Source: Eledone cirrhosa
Taxonomy: Eukaryota
Assembly: GCA_964016885.1 (NCBI GenBank)
Contig: OZ024744.1
Coordinates: forward strand, 7,874,001 to 7,938,000
Reading direction: 5' to 3'
DNA: 64,000 nt
The notes under the pieces are model-generated. The model was not told where the DNA came from. It saw only the letters and a program-made list of their open reading frames with translations, and ran no database searches. Shown piece after piece: positions 26,383 to 38,465 of this stretch (position 1 is its first letter; each line of letters opens with the position of its first letter). Both the position numbers and the translations under genes were made by a program.

Positions 26383-26462
26383 TCTCTCGCTGATGATGCC
26401 CATGATTATCTGTTGCAAACACACTCAGGGCGAAACAGATTAGGGATAATCTGTCCGAGAGA
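26383..26462 (+). ncRNA. Type I hammerhead ribozyme with full stem III
   Basis: TCTCTCG-CTGATGA-T-GCCC..GGGC-GAAAC-AGATTA GGGA TAATCT-GTC-CGAGAGA. All stems are Watson-Crick and cleavage is predicted after 26455. Confidence 0.92.
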
Positions 26463-26608
26463 TGTAATTGTTATTGAGGCGGTTTGTATAATATAATTTT
26501 ATTTTATCATTCTGTCTGCTTCATGGTTAAATATTTCAAACAAATGTGGTCTTTCAACCCTTGTAATATTAGACATACGGTTTACTGTGTTTCTTACTGC
26601 ATATATAT

Positions 26609-26682
<74 letters not shown>

Positions 26683-26819
26683 ACGTACATACATATATGT
26701 ATACAGACGTGCAGTAGTATATATATATATATATATACATACATGCACATATATATATATATGTACGTATGGATTCATCGAACATTTATTATAATGCTCG
26801 GTGTGTTTGTAAACAAACA

Positions 26820-26932
26820 TGGACTGTGCCCCTTGATATGTTCAGTTAGATTTCCACCGTTTGAATAACACTGATTTAGTTCGGACCTAGCTGTCGTAAC
26901 GGCCGGAGCTCAGCCGTCGGGGTCTTGAATCT

Positions 26933-26980
<48 letters not shown>

Positions 26981-27094
26981 AGAATCAAGACCCCAATGGC
27001 TGAGCTCCGGCCGTTACGACAGCTAGGTCCGAACTAAATCAGTGTTATTCAAACGGTTGAAATCTAGCTGAACATATCAAGGGGCACAGTCCAT
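26820..27094. repeat. Inverted pair of PLE3 pLTRs around a central (TA)n
   Basis: 26820-26938 is the reverse complement of 26976-27094, with (TA)n between them. Confidence 0.9.
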
Positions 27095-29852
27095 ATATGG
27101 GCATACATTCAAAGCAAAAAAAATCGTAAAAGTTTTTTTTTTCTCTTTAGTGGTCAATGAATTGGCTCCCTTTGATCCAATGGTTGGTGTAGTCCTGCTT
27201 AAGGTCGTGTATTTTATTTATTACATTCTTGCAATCGACCGGCTAGACAGGCCAAAATGAGAGAGGAATGGGTCAGTAGAATAATTGACCTGAAAGTGCC
27301 AAGGCAATCGGGTGTGCACACACGTTATTAAGAGAGATTTAATCTTTATCAACTATTTCCAATCTGTAGAAATGTTATTGTGCTGAACTTCATTTCAAGA
27401 GGGAAAGAAACTCAACGAGAAAAAATATAATTTCAGCGTATATAAGTCAAAGAGTATTTATGTTTTTGTTAGTTTGTTTTATCTTTACACTTTGCTAAAA
27501 AGTTAAGCATTTATAATTTATTAGTATTTCTCCTCATCATAGAGGAATCTTATTATCAATTGCTCCATGGCACGGGAAGGGCGCCGCATTCACTAATTTT
27601 TTTAAAATTATTATTTTACTTGTTTCAATCACTCATACATCTACCCTTAATCTTAAAGATAGTACTAGCTATTTCATATCTCAAATTGTTGTAAATTAGC
27701 TAAAGTTCTATAGTAAAGTAATTCCTCATAGTACCTCCAAGTGCGAATTTAACATGTATATCAAAGTCCTCACCAAACATTGGCAAAAGGAAATGATAGA
27801 ATTGAAGGTTAGCTAATAGCTTTCTTTAACAGGTCTGACGCTATAGTTTGTGATGGTGCTTACACATTGGCATAATATAAGTTTATATACCAGTACACGT
27901 TAACTCTATATACTATGCCTGCCATAGCGGTAGTCCGGTAATGGCTACTAGTAAGTTTGTGCATTGTGGTTAAACAATGAGTAATAGGTCTAATAAAGTG
28001 TCATAGATATCTGTTCGGCTGGTTCCATAGGGAAATATGTATAGTTTAGCAAGAATGAAAGTGTTCTATTTCTACCTAGGTAGTTTGGGGAATGTTTACC
28101 ATAGAGAAAATATACAATAATGAAAATATACAAAGTTCTACCTAAGGATGTTAAGGAAGAGTTAACAATAAAGAAAATATTCTATTTCTACCTTGGGGTT
28201 TCTTCTATCTAAATGTGTAAGTGGGAAAATATTAAAGCCAAGATCTACCCACCTGGGTCATGAGGGGGTTTGAACGTAAGATATGTTCTATATATTTTGT
28301 GTTTACACGAGATAACGAGTTCGTCCTTTTTGTTTAACAATTGGTCCTTTTTACACAGCATCTAGATTGTTTCCTCCGAGTATAAATTGCACGGACTGCG
28401 TCCTCCCGAGTAAGATTTTGCTTTGAAAGTAGGCTCCGCGTTAGATGGTATGTAATATTTTTTTCGTGGAGGTCCCAAATATGGTCTGAAAGTGCTCTAG
28501 CGTGTCGCCGGGCCGGGTTTATAAATGAATGTTGGTGTTGGTAATACCGGGTTTTACACTCGCAGGCGGTTAATCCGATGTAGGCCTTGTTGGAGTATTC
28601 CATCCTCACATTGCACTAGTAGACCACGTTACGAACCTGTTGTTGAGGGAGCACGATGTGCTACCCAGACAGTTACACCTCCTAGTTTGCTCTCCACTAA
28701 TATCGTTGTTATTGCTTCTGTTTGAGAGGAGTTTTATATTGTTAGATGAAGCAATGTTTTGTGCAAAGTTGGGTGTAGTGCTGTAGGAAAGTTTAACAGT
28801 GTTTATGTTGATGATATTGTGGTAGCAGTGTTGGGGTGGGAAGTGTCTATCGAGAAGTCTAAAGAAGATCGTCCCAATTGGTGTTGCAACCTCGGCATTG
28901 TGGGGAGGGTTGAAAAAATGTTACGAGGCATGAGCGGCGGCGTCGCCTGCTGGATCCGTTAGAAGCGCCTGTATAATAGGAAATATCCTCTCTGAAGCCA
29001 CTACTTTTGAAGGCCTGGTTGTAATAAGGCGCGTGTTCGTTGAAGATCTGCACATTTGTGGACAAGCGTGATTTTTTTTACTAAATGATTGGTAATGTTC
29101 CTTGGATGGTTAGAATAGCTGTGGATATAGTGTAAATTCTCGTTGGGTTCTCCAGATTGAGTGTTACATCCAGAAAGTTAACACGGGTTAGGAACGTCTG
29201 TAGGGTGATTTTGAAACCCAAATCTCGGAAGAATTTGATGAGATGTTTACGGACCCGGTCCGTGCTACTGGAGTAACAAGCCTGTCATCACTGTACAAAC
29301 CACCTCCGAACGAAGGAAACGAGTTTTGGGAGTATGTAGAGTCCTATAAGGTCCGTCACCCCAGCCGAGTCGGTCGAACCCATACGGACACCGAAAGGAG
29401 AACCCAGAGTTCTTTTTATCCAAGAGGAGTTTTCGAAGAGCAAGACGTCTTCCAAGCGTGGAATATGATTTCAATTTCCTGGTCTGTAATGGGTGTACTA
29501 GTTTTAGCGTAATCCAAAGCAGCCGTAAAGAGTGGTTGGGATCTCGAAGCGTAGTAGTTCTTTATCTCGAACTGTATAAAAGTGGTATTCATTTTAACCT
29601 TAATAATCATAAACCAGGAGATGACTTCCTGGGTGCTAATCCAAAGGCTTATCCTCACGTTTTGTTTGACTTTGGGTATAACGCGATCCGAGATCCTTTA
29701 CGATTTTTTTGCTTTGATTCTATGCCCATATATGAACTGTACTCCCTTGATAAGTTCAGCTAGATTCCCGTGGTTCGAATACCGGCCATTTAGTTCGGAT
29801 CTAGCTGTCGAAACGGCCGGAACTCAGCCGTCGGAGTCCTGAATCTTTTCAT
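26976..29852 (-). mobile_element. Penelope-like element 3: 5'-truncated, degenerate RT + GIY-YIG, 3' pLTR and 5' inverted pLTR
   Basis: Fragments LWISTQEVISWF, FIQFEIKNYY, GLYSDD, NFLDVTL, FNEHAPYYNQA, YIGLT..KTRYYQHQHSF and LSDHIWDL. 26976-27131 matches the reverse complement of 29698-29852. Confidence 0.85.
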
Positions 29853-29955
29853 ATTACTGACTCTACAACCCCATGTATTGAGTACTCGAGGGGGGGGGGG
29901 GAGTATGCTCCACCCGGTATTTCACCACACCCTTTCTGATATATATATATATATG

Positions 29956-30084
<129 letters not shown>

Positions 30085-30179
30085 GTGTGTATGTAAAAGG
30101 TAAACAGAAATAACAACACAATCGGTACAGTATTTGGAAGGAATATATTAGGTTAAAGCTTGATATAGCAGGAAGAGGG

Positions 30180-30540
30180 TGTTAATGTTTTGGAAGCCGA
30201 GACTCAGGAAGTCCTGATGCGCAGGTTATCGTTATCCAGCTGCGAGTCAGTTGGAAAGAAGGGTAATGCTTTGAGCTAGGCATCGCTGTGGGGTTGCTAG
30301 ACTGAGCGAAAACATGTCAGGCTGTGCTGGTTGAGCTGGCGCACTACTCTGTCCGAGGCCACGTTGTACTGGATAGCATCCCATATGCTCTCTGGTGATT
30401 TGACGTCAACATGTGGAAAAAGAGAAGTGACACTGGTTCCAAGTCTCGCAGGCGGCCTCACGTTCCTCTGTCATGTGAGCTCCACTGTGTTTTGGAGAAA
30501 CTTGTTGATGAGAACGCGGCAAGAGGTTGCCGGCTATCTG
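30180..30540 (-). pseudogene. Probable CRE-clade non-LTR retrotransposon fragment
   Basis: My translation ..CFRSV*QPHSDA*LKALPFFPTDSQLDNDNLRIRTS resembles the PHSGAWL..P...L....RI...RLG motif upstream of the CRE endonuclease. Recognised from memory only. Confidence 0.45.
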
Positions 30541-30812
30541 TTAGTCACAACTTCTGGCAGAAGAAAGGAGCTGATCATCGGATCAGACCAAGGAAACAAT
30601 TTTTCTATTGGTCCTTGCATTACTGATACTATCTGTCAGTCACAACTCCTGGCAGAAAAAGGAGCTGATTATTAGATCAGACCAAGGAAACAATGTTTCT
30701 CTTGGTCTTTCTATTACTGATACTATCTGTCAGTGACAACCCCTGGTAGTAGAAAGGAGCTGATCATCAGATCAGACCAAGGAAACAATGTTTCTCTTGG
30801 TCTTTCCATTGA
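30535..30812. repeat. ~93-bp tandem repeat, 3 copies
   Basis: GGAGCTGATCATC.GATCAGACCAAGGAAACAAT recurs three times. Confidence 0.85.
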
Positions 30813-31024
30813 CGATATATATATATTTATTAAAATAACAGATTAAAGTTTAAGCAAAGAATCACTGCTTTCACCCTTAACGGGATCTTCTGAAACTAAT
30901 TCGACATTAATAATTACTACTCCTCCATCACTTTACCACTTCTTCTTAGAGCTATCAATTTCGCTAAAACACTCACAGTGGTTAAGGATTTCGAAGTTGA
31001 TGTCATCCTCAATGCCCTAAGTCG

Positions 31025-31567
31025 GTGATTAATTTCGACGACTCTATTTGGATTAAAAAATCTAATAGTACCACATTTGACGTGAGTATGAGCGCCAGCG
31101 ATTCTGCGGAGGTTACTGATCTTATCGGCCTTTTCCTTCTTTTCTCTATCAAGGAAGAATTCCCCAACGTGGGCGATGGTTTGTACCGTGATGACGGTCT
31201 TTTGACCATGACAAAATGCGGCCCAAGTGCTTGCGACAGGTTCAGAAAAGAACTCACAGCCTTCTTTAAAGGCTTCAACCTCTCCATACAGGTTGAGGCC
31301 AACCTCTCGATCGTTAATTACCTAGACGTTACCCTCGATTTGTCAAATGGCTTGCACTACCCGTATAGAAAGTCGAATGATACGTTTAATTACATAAGTA
31401 AGCATTCTATCCATCCTGCCAGCATAACCAAGAACCTGGTAAGAAACGTTTCTTTGAAGCTTTCCCGTCTATCTACAAACGAGCATATTTTCAACAATCA
31501 TTCCACATATTACAATGAAGCACTTGCTCGGATTGGATTTGTCGATAAGGTAGCTTATACAGAGTAA
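31025..31567 (+). pseudogene. PLE4 RT core fragment
   Basis: FDVSMSASDSAEVTDLIG and GLYRDDGL motifs. Confidence 0.88.
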
Positions 31568-32701
31568 GAAAAAAAGACCCAGGAAAAGTAGATCCCGACA
31601 CATTTTATGGTATAACCCACCATATAATATGGAGGTGGCCACACCTTTAGCTAAGATCGTTCTCTCCCTTATTATGAAGCATTTCCCCCAGCACATAAAT
31701 ATAGTAACATGTTTAATAGAAATACCATTAAAATTTCTTACTCTACGACTCCTAACCTTGCACATAACATCACAGCTTCAAATTTAGCTAAATTACCTAG
31801 CCGTAGGAACACGTGCCACCCTGTAACTAGTACTAACTGTAATTGTAGGAATCGGGTTGACTGACCCCTATCCGGAAAATGCCTCTCTAGTAACATTGTC
31901 TACAAATGTAAGGTTGTAACACCCACGTCCCGTAGGGCCTACATAAGGTTAACCGCTAATAGATTCAAGCATCGTCTTTACATGCATACCCATTCTTTTC
32001 TTAACCATTTAAGAAGGAATATGACGCCACTTTCAGCTTATATCTGGAGTCTAAAAGACAACCACACCCAATATAAGTTACACTGGGAGATCCTAGCTAG
32101 GGCTAAATCGTATAACGGAAATAAAAGACCATGTGACCTCTGCGCCGCTGAGGTCCTGGAAATACTCTACGCCAAAGACCACATCTTAAACAAAAAATCT
32201 GAGGCAATTTCGGCTTGTAAACATAAATTGCACAAAACTTTCTTGTATTACAGCCCCACATTATACCCTAACGGATAGTACGAACTATACGCGGATATTG
32301 TACGTCTTGATGTGGGAGCTAAGTATGTTTTGTTTATACTATTACTTATTCGTATAGGTAAGTATATATTACCTGTATGTTTTGTGAAGGTACGTATACT
32401 TTCTCGTACGTATATTTGCTTGTATATATTATTGGTGTATATATTATATATACTGATACATGAGCCTTTGGTTATGTGTATACGTGAGTTTTGCGTCTGT
32501 GTGAGTATGCGGGTTCGTACGTATGTAGGGTGGGTGTATATGGGTACGTTGTGTTTTGGTTGACGTAAGTCGGCGAACATATGTGTATTTGCATGTGGGT
32601 GTGTGTGTGCGCGCGTTATATACGTATTTATGTGTGTATATTTATATACGTTTATTTAATTATGTATACACGCACACACACACACGCACACACACACACA
32701 C

Positions 32702-32742
<41 letters not shown>

Positions 32743-33016
32743 TATATATATATATATATGTTTTTATATATTGTATATGTATTTGGTGTATACGTTCGTA
32801 TGTGTGCGATACAGGCGTTGCGTGGGTTCTGTATGTGCGTGTGTGTGTGTGTTTTTTGTGTTCTTGCTTGTATTTGCATAGCCAAGGTGAGTGTTTTCGC
32901 GTATACTTGTGTTTGTACGTATATGGATGCGTGTATGTATATATTTAATTTCAATAACCTCTGTATTTTATTTACTTTATTCTTAACTCTGAAGCCGAGA
33001 ATCATTCGGTTTTCTA

Positions 33017-33297
33017 AATAGAATTTTAGTCTACGACTTCAGTTATACCATTTACGTGGAATTTGTTTTTGCGTGTAATTGTTCTCTTTGCTCCAAATAA
33101 TGACGTATTATCTTCGTTTTTTCCGTTCATTGCCAGAGAACGTCTCCATGAACCACCTAATAGAATATTAGTCTACGACTTTATTTTTACCATAAACGTG
33201 GTTTTGTCTTCGCGTATAATTGTTTTCACTGCACCAAATAATGACGTATTATATTCGTTTTTTCCCGTTCTTTGCCAAGAAACGTTTCCACGAACCA
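33017..33297 (+). repeat. Diverged ~142-bp tandem duplication in the PLE4 3' region
   Basis: AATAGAAT.TTAGTCTACGACTT...CCAAATAATGACGTATTAT...GAACCA occurs twice. Confidence 0.8.
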
Positions 33298-33997
33298 AAG
33301 TATCGTCTTCCTGTCTTCCTCCGGTTGCAACGTTTTTTGAAATATTTACTTCTGCGTTCACAGATTGGCTTTTTTAGTTTCAGAAGATCCCGTTAAGGGT
33401 GAAAGCAGCGATTCTTTGCTTAAACTTTAAATTTTAATACTCTACGGTTCTTATATATCTGATATATATTTATCCTCATCGAGCCCTCTTTTGATTTTAG
33501 TCTCCTAATTTATTATTATTACTATATATATATATAGTATAAAAGAGAAAACACAGGTAAGCATTAAGAGAAGGAATTTATCCAGGTATTTACGACCGTT
33601 ACATTGGTAAGTGCAACCTTATATTGCTATACTACAAATAGCAGCCACTCAATTATAATTGTTGTTCACAGTCCAAATTTTCAAAATAGTGAGTTACTCT
33701 TGAAATAATTCTTAATATATAGAGAAAAACATTTATTTAGAATTATATTTACTAGTATAGAGAGAGAGGAATCAGGAGGTGAGGGGACAGACGGCATAGT
33801 ATAGAGAGAGGAAGGGGGAAGAGGTAGGAAGTAGAATGACAAACTGAGATGGAGGGATGGGTAGAAGTGGAAGGATTCCTTGGTCAGTTTTGATAGCAGA
33901 CATCATGTCGTGGAGTGTAGTGAGTTAAAGAGAATTAAATAGTAATAGTGGGAGGGATGGATAGAGAGGGGGAGAGAGAGGGGGGAGATATAAAGAG

Positions 33998-34048
<51 letters not shown>

Positions 34049-34079
34049 CATACACATACATATATATATACACACACAT

Positions 34080-34113
<34 letters not shown>

Positions 34114-34147
34114 AAACACCCCCCCCCACACACACACACATATACAC

Positions 34148-34185
<38 letters not shown>

Positions 34186-34581
34186 ATACACACATACATA
34201 CACACACATATATATATATAAAAAATAAAAATAAAGATAATAATGACAAAAATAAAAGCAAAGAAGGGGGTGAGAAAGAAGAAAAGAAAAGATAGCCAAG
34301 AAGGGGGAAGGAAGGAAGAAAACGAAGAAATAGAAGAGGAATGAGTGAGAAGAGGGGGATATATGTATTGGTTTTGTGATTAATTAAAGGGTTTAGATAT
34401 AAGAGGGTATAAAGTCTAAGTATATGCAGTTTGTCAGTTGCTAGTAAGAGGTTAAGGGTTCGATTTGTAGTGCGAAAATTTCTCTTTGAGTCTATGGTTA
34501 CAATAAATTGATCTCTCAATTTTATTGTTGAGTAACCTATTCTTCGAAAAACTGGATCACAATAAGCAATTTTTTGCTTCT

Positions 34582-34658
<77 letters not shown>

Positions 34659-34714
34659 CGTAGACCACGGACCATATGCGCATAAACGCACCTGTACCGT
34701 GTCGTATTTTGTTT

Positions 34715-34770
34715 ATAAAACTCTGATGATTCCTACTAAATGGTATGGATGAAACTTTGTCAGCAAATAA
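34715..34770 (+). ncRNA. Minimal hammerhead-like motif in a 160-bp island between (TA)n tracts
   Basis: CT-CTGATGA-T-TCC..GGA-T-GAAAC-TTT-GTC-AG, with a weak stem I. Confidence 0.5.
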
Positions 34771-34807
34771 AAATTGTATGAGTATGTAGGCGTTCTTTGA
34801 TTTCTTT

Positions 34808-34860
<53 letters not shown>

Positions 34861-34959
34861 AATGAAGTAATTCCGTCGGAAAAGTCCAGGAAAAAAGAGT
34901 GCTCTATGTAAGCAACAGAGCTTAATTATTATTATGTAATAAACAACATAAGGCAATTA

Positions 34960-35019
34960 TTCCATTTACCAGTGGTTTCTTAAAAGCAAAAGGTTTTGCT
35001 TTCAATCCTCAGAATGAAA
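34960..35019 (-). ncRNA. Minimal type I hammerhead (mirror of 42531-42590)
   Basis: Exact reverse complement of the 42531-42590 motif. Confidence 0.82.
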
Positions 35020-35162
35020 AAATCCTGGTTTGTTTATTGAATTTGGATCTTAAAAAAACAAAAAAAGGCAAGCTATATGAAAGTGAGGCTGGAGAAGGAA
35101 GAAGGAAAGGAAAAATAAAATAAGACTACACATACAACCACACATACACGAAAAAACATAAA

Positions 35163-35215
<53 letters not shown>

Positions 35216-35352
35216 ACACACACACACACGCATACACACAAACGTTATTCCGGGTTGAATCGGAGGCAGCCACAATAAGCAAGGCACTCAGTACACCGCA
35301 GAGCATGAAAGTTTTAATATAGATGAGAATCTGTATATGTATACAAACACAT

Positions 35353-35388
<36 letters not shown>

Positions 35389-35724
35389 GCATGTGTATGC
35401 GCGCACGCACGCACGCGTATACAATTATAAATATATTTCCCCCACACACATGTGTGTGCGCGTGCAAGTGTCTCGTGAATTAGATTATACTTAGAAATTG
35501 TCTACAGAATTCCCTAAACCTTCGTCAATTTACTAGAACCTTTAAGAATTTAGCTTTTAAGGAATCTCCCTTCCCCAAAATATATCTACCATGACTGACC
35601 CCATACTGATCTTACAGAAACCTGTAAGCTAAAGAGAAACCTAATGATAAGGATTGGCTCCAATCTGAATACAGAAATCTGTCTGCCTTTGTTCCTCTAA
35701 GAACAAACATATACAAACATTCAA

Positions 35725-35758
<34 letters not shown>

Positions 35759-35760
35759 AC

Positions 35761-35801
<41 letters not shown>

Positions 35802-35886
35802 CACACACACACATATCTACACGCACACACGCATACATATATATATATACACACACACATACACACACACACACATGCATATATAC

Positions 35887-35927
<41 letters not shown>

Positions 35928-36015
35928 CACGCATATATATACATATACACATTTATATATATATATATATATGCGCGTGCGTACACGCATACACATACGT
36001 ACACATAGCCATACC

Positions 36016-36101
<86 letters not shown>

Positions 36102-36615
36102 CATACATACATTCACACAATCAAACATATATACACACGTACATGCATACACATACATAAATGCACTCCTCTATATATTCACACACGCAAATAAATATAG
36201 GAAAAAAAAATATATATATATATATATTATAAAAACATTACATAAGGCAGCAAACTGGGCAGACAAGCGTGGTAAGAAACACACACAAAAGCACATATAC
36301 ATACGCACGAAATAGTCAACGCATTCACACACTCTCACACATAAAAAAATTTCAAATACAAATACATAAACGCATACATACGCATACATGCATAACCACG
36401 CACAAGTGTACAATCTATACACACACACATGTGTATACAACTATATGCACACACACACATATATGCATACATATACACACACATATATACATAAATACAA
36501 ACGTACACACACACGTATATATACACGTACACATACACACACATATACATACATAGCTAAACAATTATACACATACAAATACGTATATATCATAAACACG
36601 CACAACAGAACACAA

Positions 36616-36664
<49 letters not shown>

Positions 36665-36713
36665 TATACAATTATCAATATATACACACGCACATATGTA
36701 CACACACACATAT

Positions 36714-36776
<63 letters not shown>

Positions 36777-37140
36777 TGCATATACACATAAACACACATA
36801 CACACAACCACGCACACACACATGCATACGCATACACACACGTATATGCGTGTGTGTATGTAAAACTCAATCTTAGATAAATCATAAGGACCTTACATAT
36901 ACGTATATATAGTAGTAAAGTATTAAAGCAACATAAGGCAATTATTCCATTTACCATTGGTTTCTTAACAGCAAAAAAAATGTTCCTACAATCTTCAGGA
37001 TGAGAGAAACCTGGCTTATCCATACATACACATATATATACACACACACAAATACATACACATATAAATACATACACACAGGCACACACACACATACGTA
37101 TAAACATATATACATACACACATACACATACACACACATA

Positions 37141-37204
<64 letters not shown>

Positions 37205-37420
37205 TATATACATATATACACACAAATATACATACACATACACATAGGTATGTGGAGGGCAAGGCAAAAAGAATATATGTGGGGGGGGGGGCATAGGGGA
37301 AGGTAAAATATAAGGGGAGGTAAGGGAGAAAAAATATATAATAAATGTAAGTATACAAGAGTACAGAACGTAGAAACAGTAAAATAAAGCCGTAGCAGAA
37401 GTAAAGAGCGGGACAGGAGT

Positions 37421-38389
37421 TCAAGGCGGTTGATTTCTCATAGGAGTGTCAATCCAGTTACAGATCAGGTGCGGTCTCAGATGAGGACAGCATCTGAAGA
37501 TCTCAGTCTTTGAATTAAGGCAAGCGGAAGTGTCTCTCAAGTTTAGCAAAATCCTATACTTTTCTGTGGTACACAAAGAACAATTCTTTGTGCCCCTTTG
37601 GTACTCCCTCGAATGGTCTAATATAGACCAATCAATAGAGTACGGGATGTTACTATCCTTGAGTTCCCACACCTTACTTGCGAGGGCCGTTGATGTTCGT
37701 TTATCGGAGTGCTTAAAAGAAGCGACATGTGAGTAAAATCTGGTTTTAAACCTGTCCTGGGTCATACCGACATATCGCTCACTCCTGGCTGGCTGGTTGT
37801 TGATTACTGGTGTTATCGTAGCCTCATAAACGACAGATTTAGTGTTACATCTACCCTGCAATGGGCATTCGTCCGGCTTCCTGCAACTGCATCCTGGATT
37901 TATTCTCGTCCGGTTTGAGCTGGTGATTTTGGACTTCATAGATGGGCAACAAGAGTAGCTGATCTTGACTACGTTCCTATTAAATATCTTATAGTATCTA
38001 TGATTAGGAGGAAAATGTTTGTCTAATAGTTCAAGGAATTTCCTTCCTACATTAGTTTTGACAGTTAGAGAGAAGGGGGGTGTGAACCAAATAATCTTCC
38101 TTTTCCTGTTATTGTGGTTAGTTTTAGGGGGGGTGAGTAGGTAAATAAGAATTTTTTTCTGTAAAACCGCTGTTCTTAAGGGCTTTATTATAATAAGGGG
38201 CGGCTTTATTAAAAATGTTATAGACGAAGATAAGGTAGAAATCCTACGGCTAATGTTAGGAATAAGATTATTAAAAACTATAGGGGGATGGCAAGACTCT
38301 TTGTGTATATACCTAAGATTTTCGTTAGGTTTATGGTAGGGTTTAAAAGAGGCAGTAAGTAAATCAAGATTAATATCAATTAATATCAA
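37421..38389 (-). pseudogene. Inverted partial copy of the PLE5 ORF (thumb + GIY-YIG)
   Basis: Near-identical to the C-terminal part of the + strand ORF except for a locally frameshifted stretch. Confidence 0.9.
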
Positions 38390-38424
38390 TTAATATCAAT
38401 TAATATCAATTAATATCAATTAAT
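38369..38424. repeat. (ATTAATATCA)x5.5 at the inversion junction
   Basis: Direct reading. The unit is the reverse complement of element sequence 38957-38966. Confidence 0.95.
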
Positions 38425-38465
38425 TCTCCAAATCAGAACTAACACTGACCTATCACAGTGGCTAA

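Larger units (their letters stand above)
30822..33525 (+). mobile_element. Penelope-like element 4: 5'-truncated, degenerate RT + GIY-YIG, inverted pLTR piece at the 5' end
   Basis: Coding starts at motif A (FDINNYYSSIT, 30900), followed by GLYRDDGL, NYLDVTLDL, LWYNPP, CNCR, IVY..YI.LT, CDLC..E and LNKKSE..CKH. 30822-30899 is an inverted copy of 33375-33440. Both ends lie in (TA)n. Confidence 0.9.
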
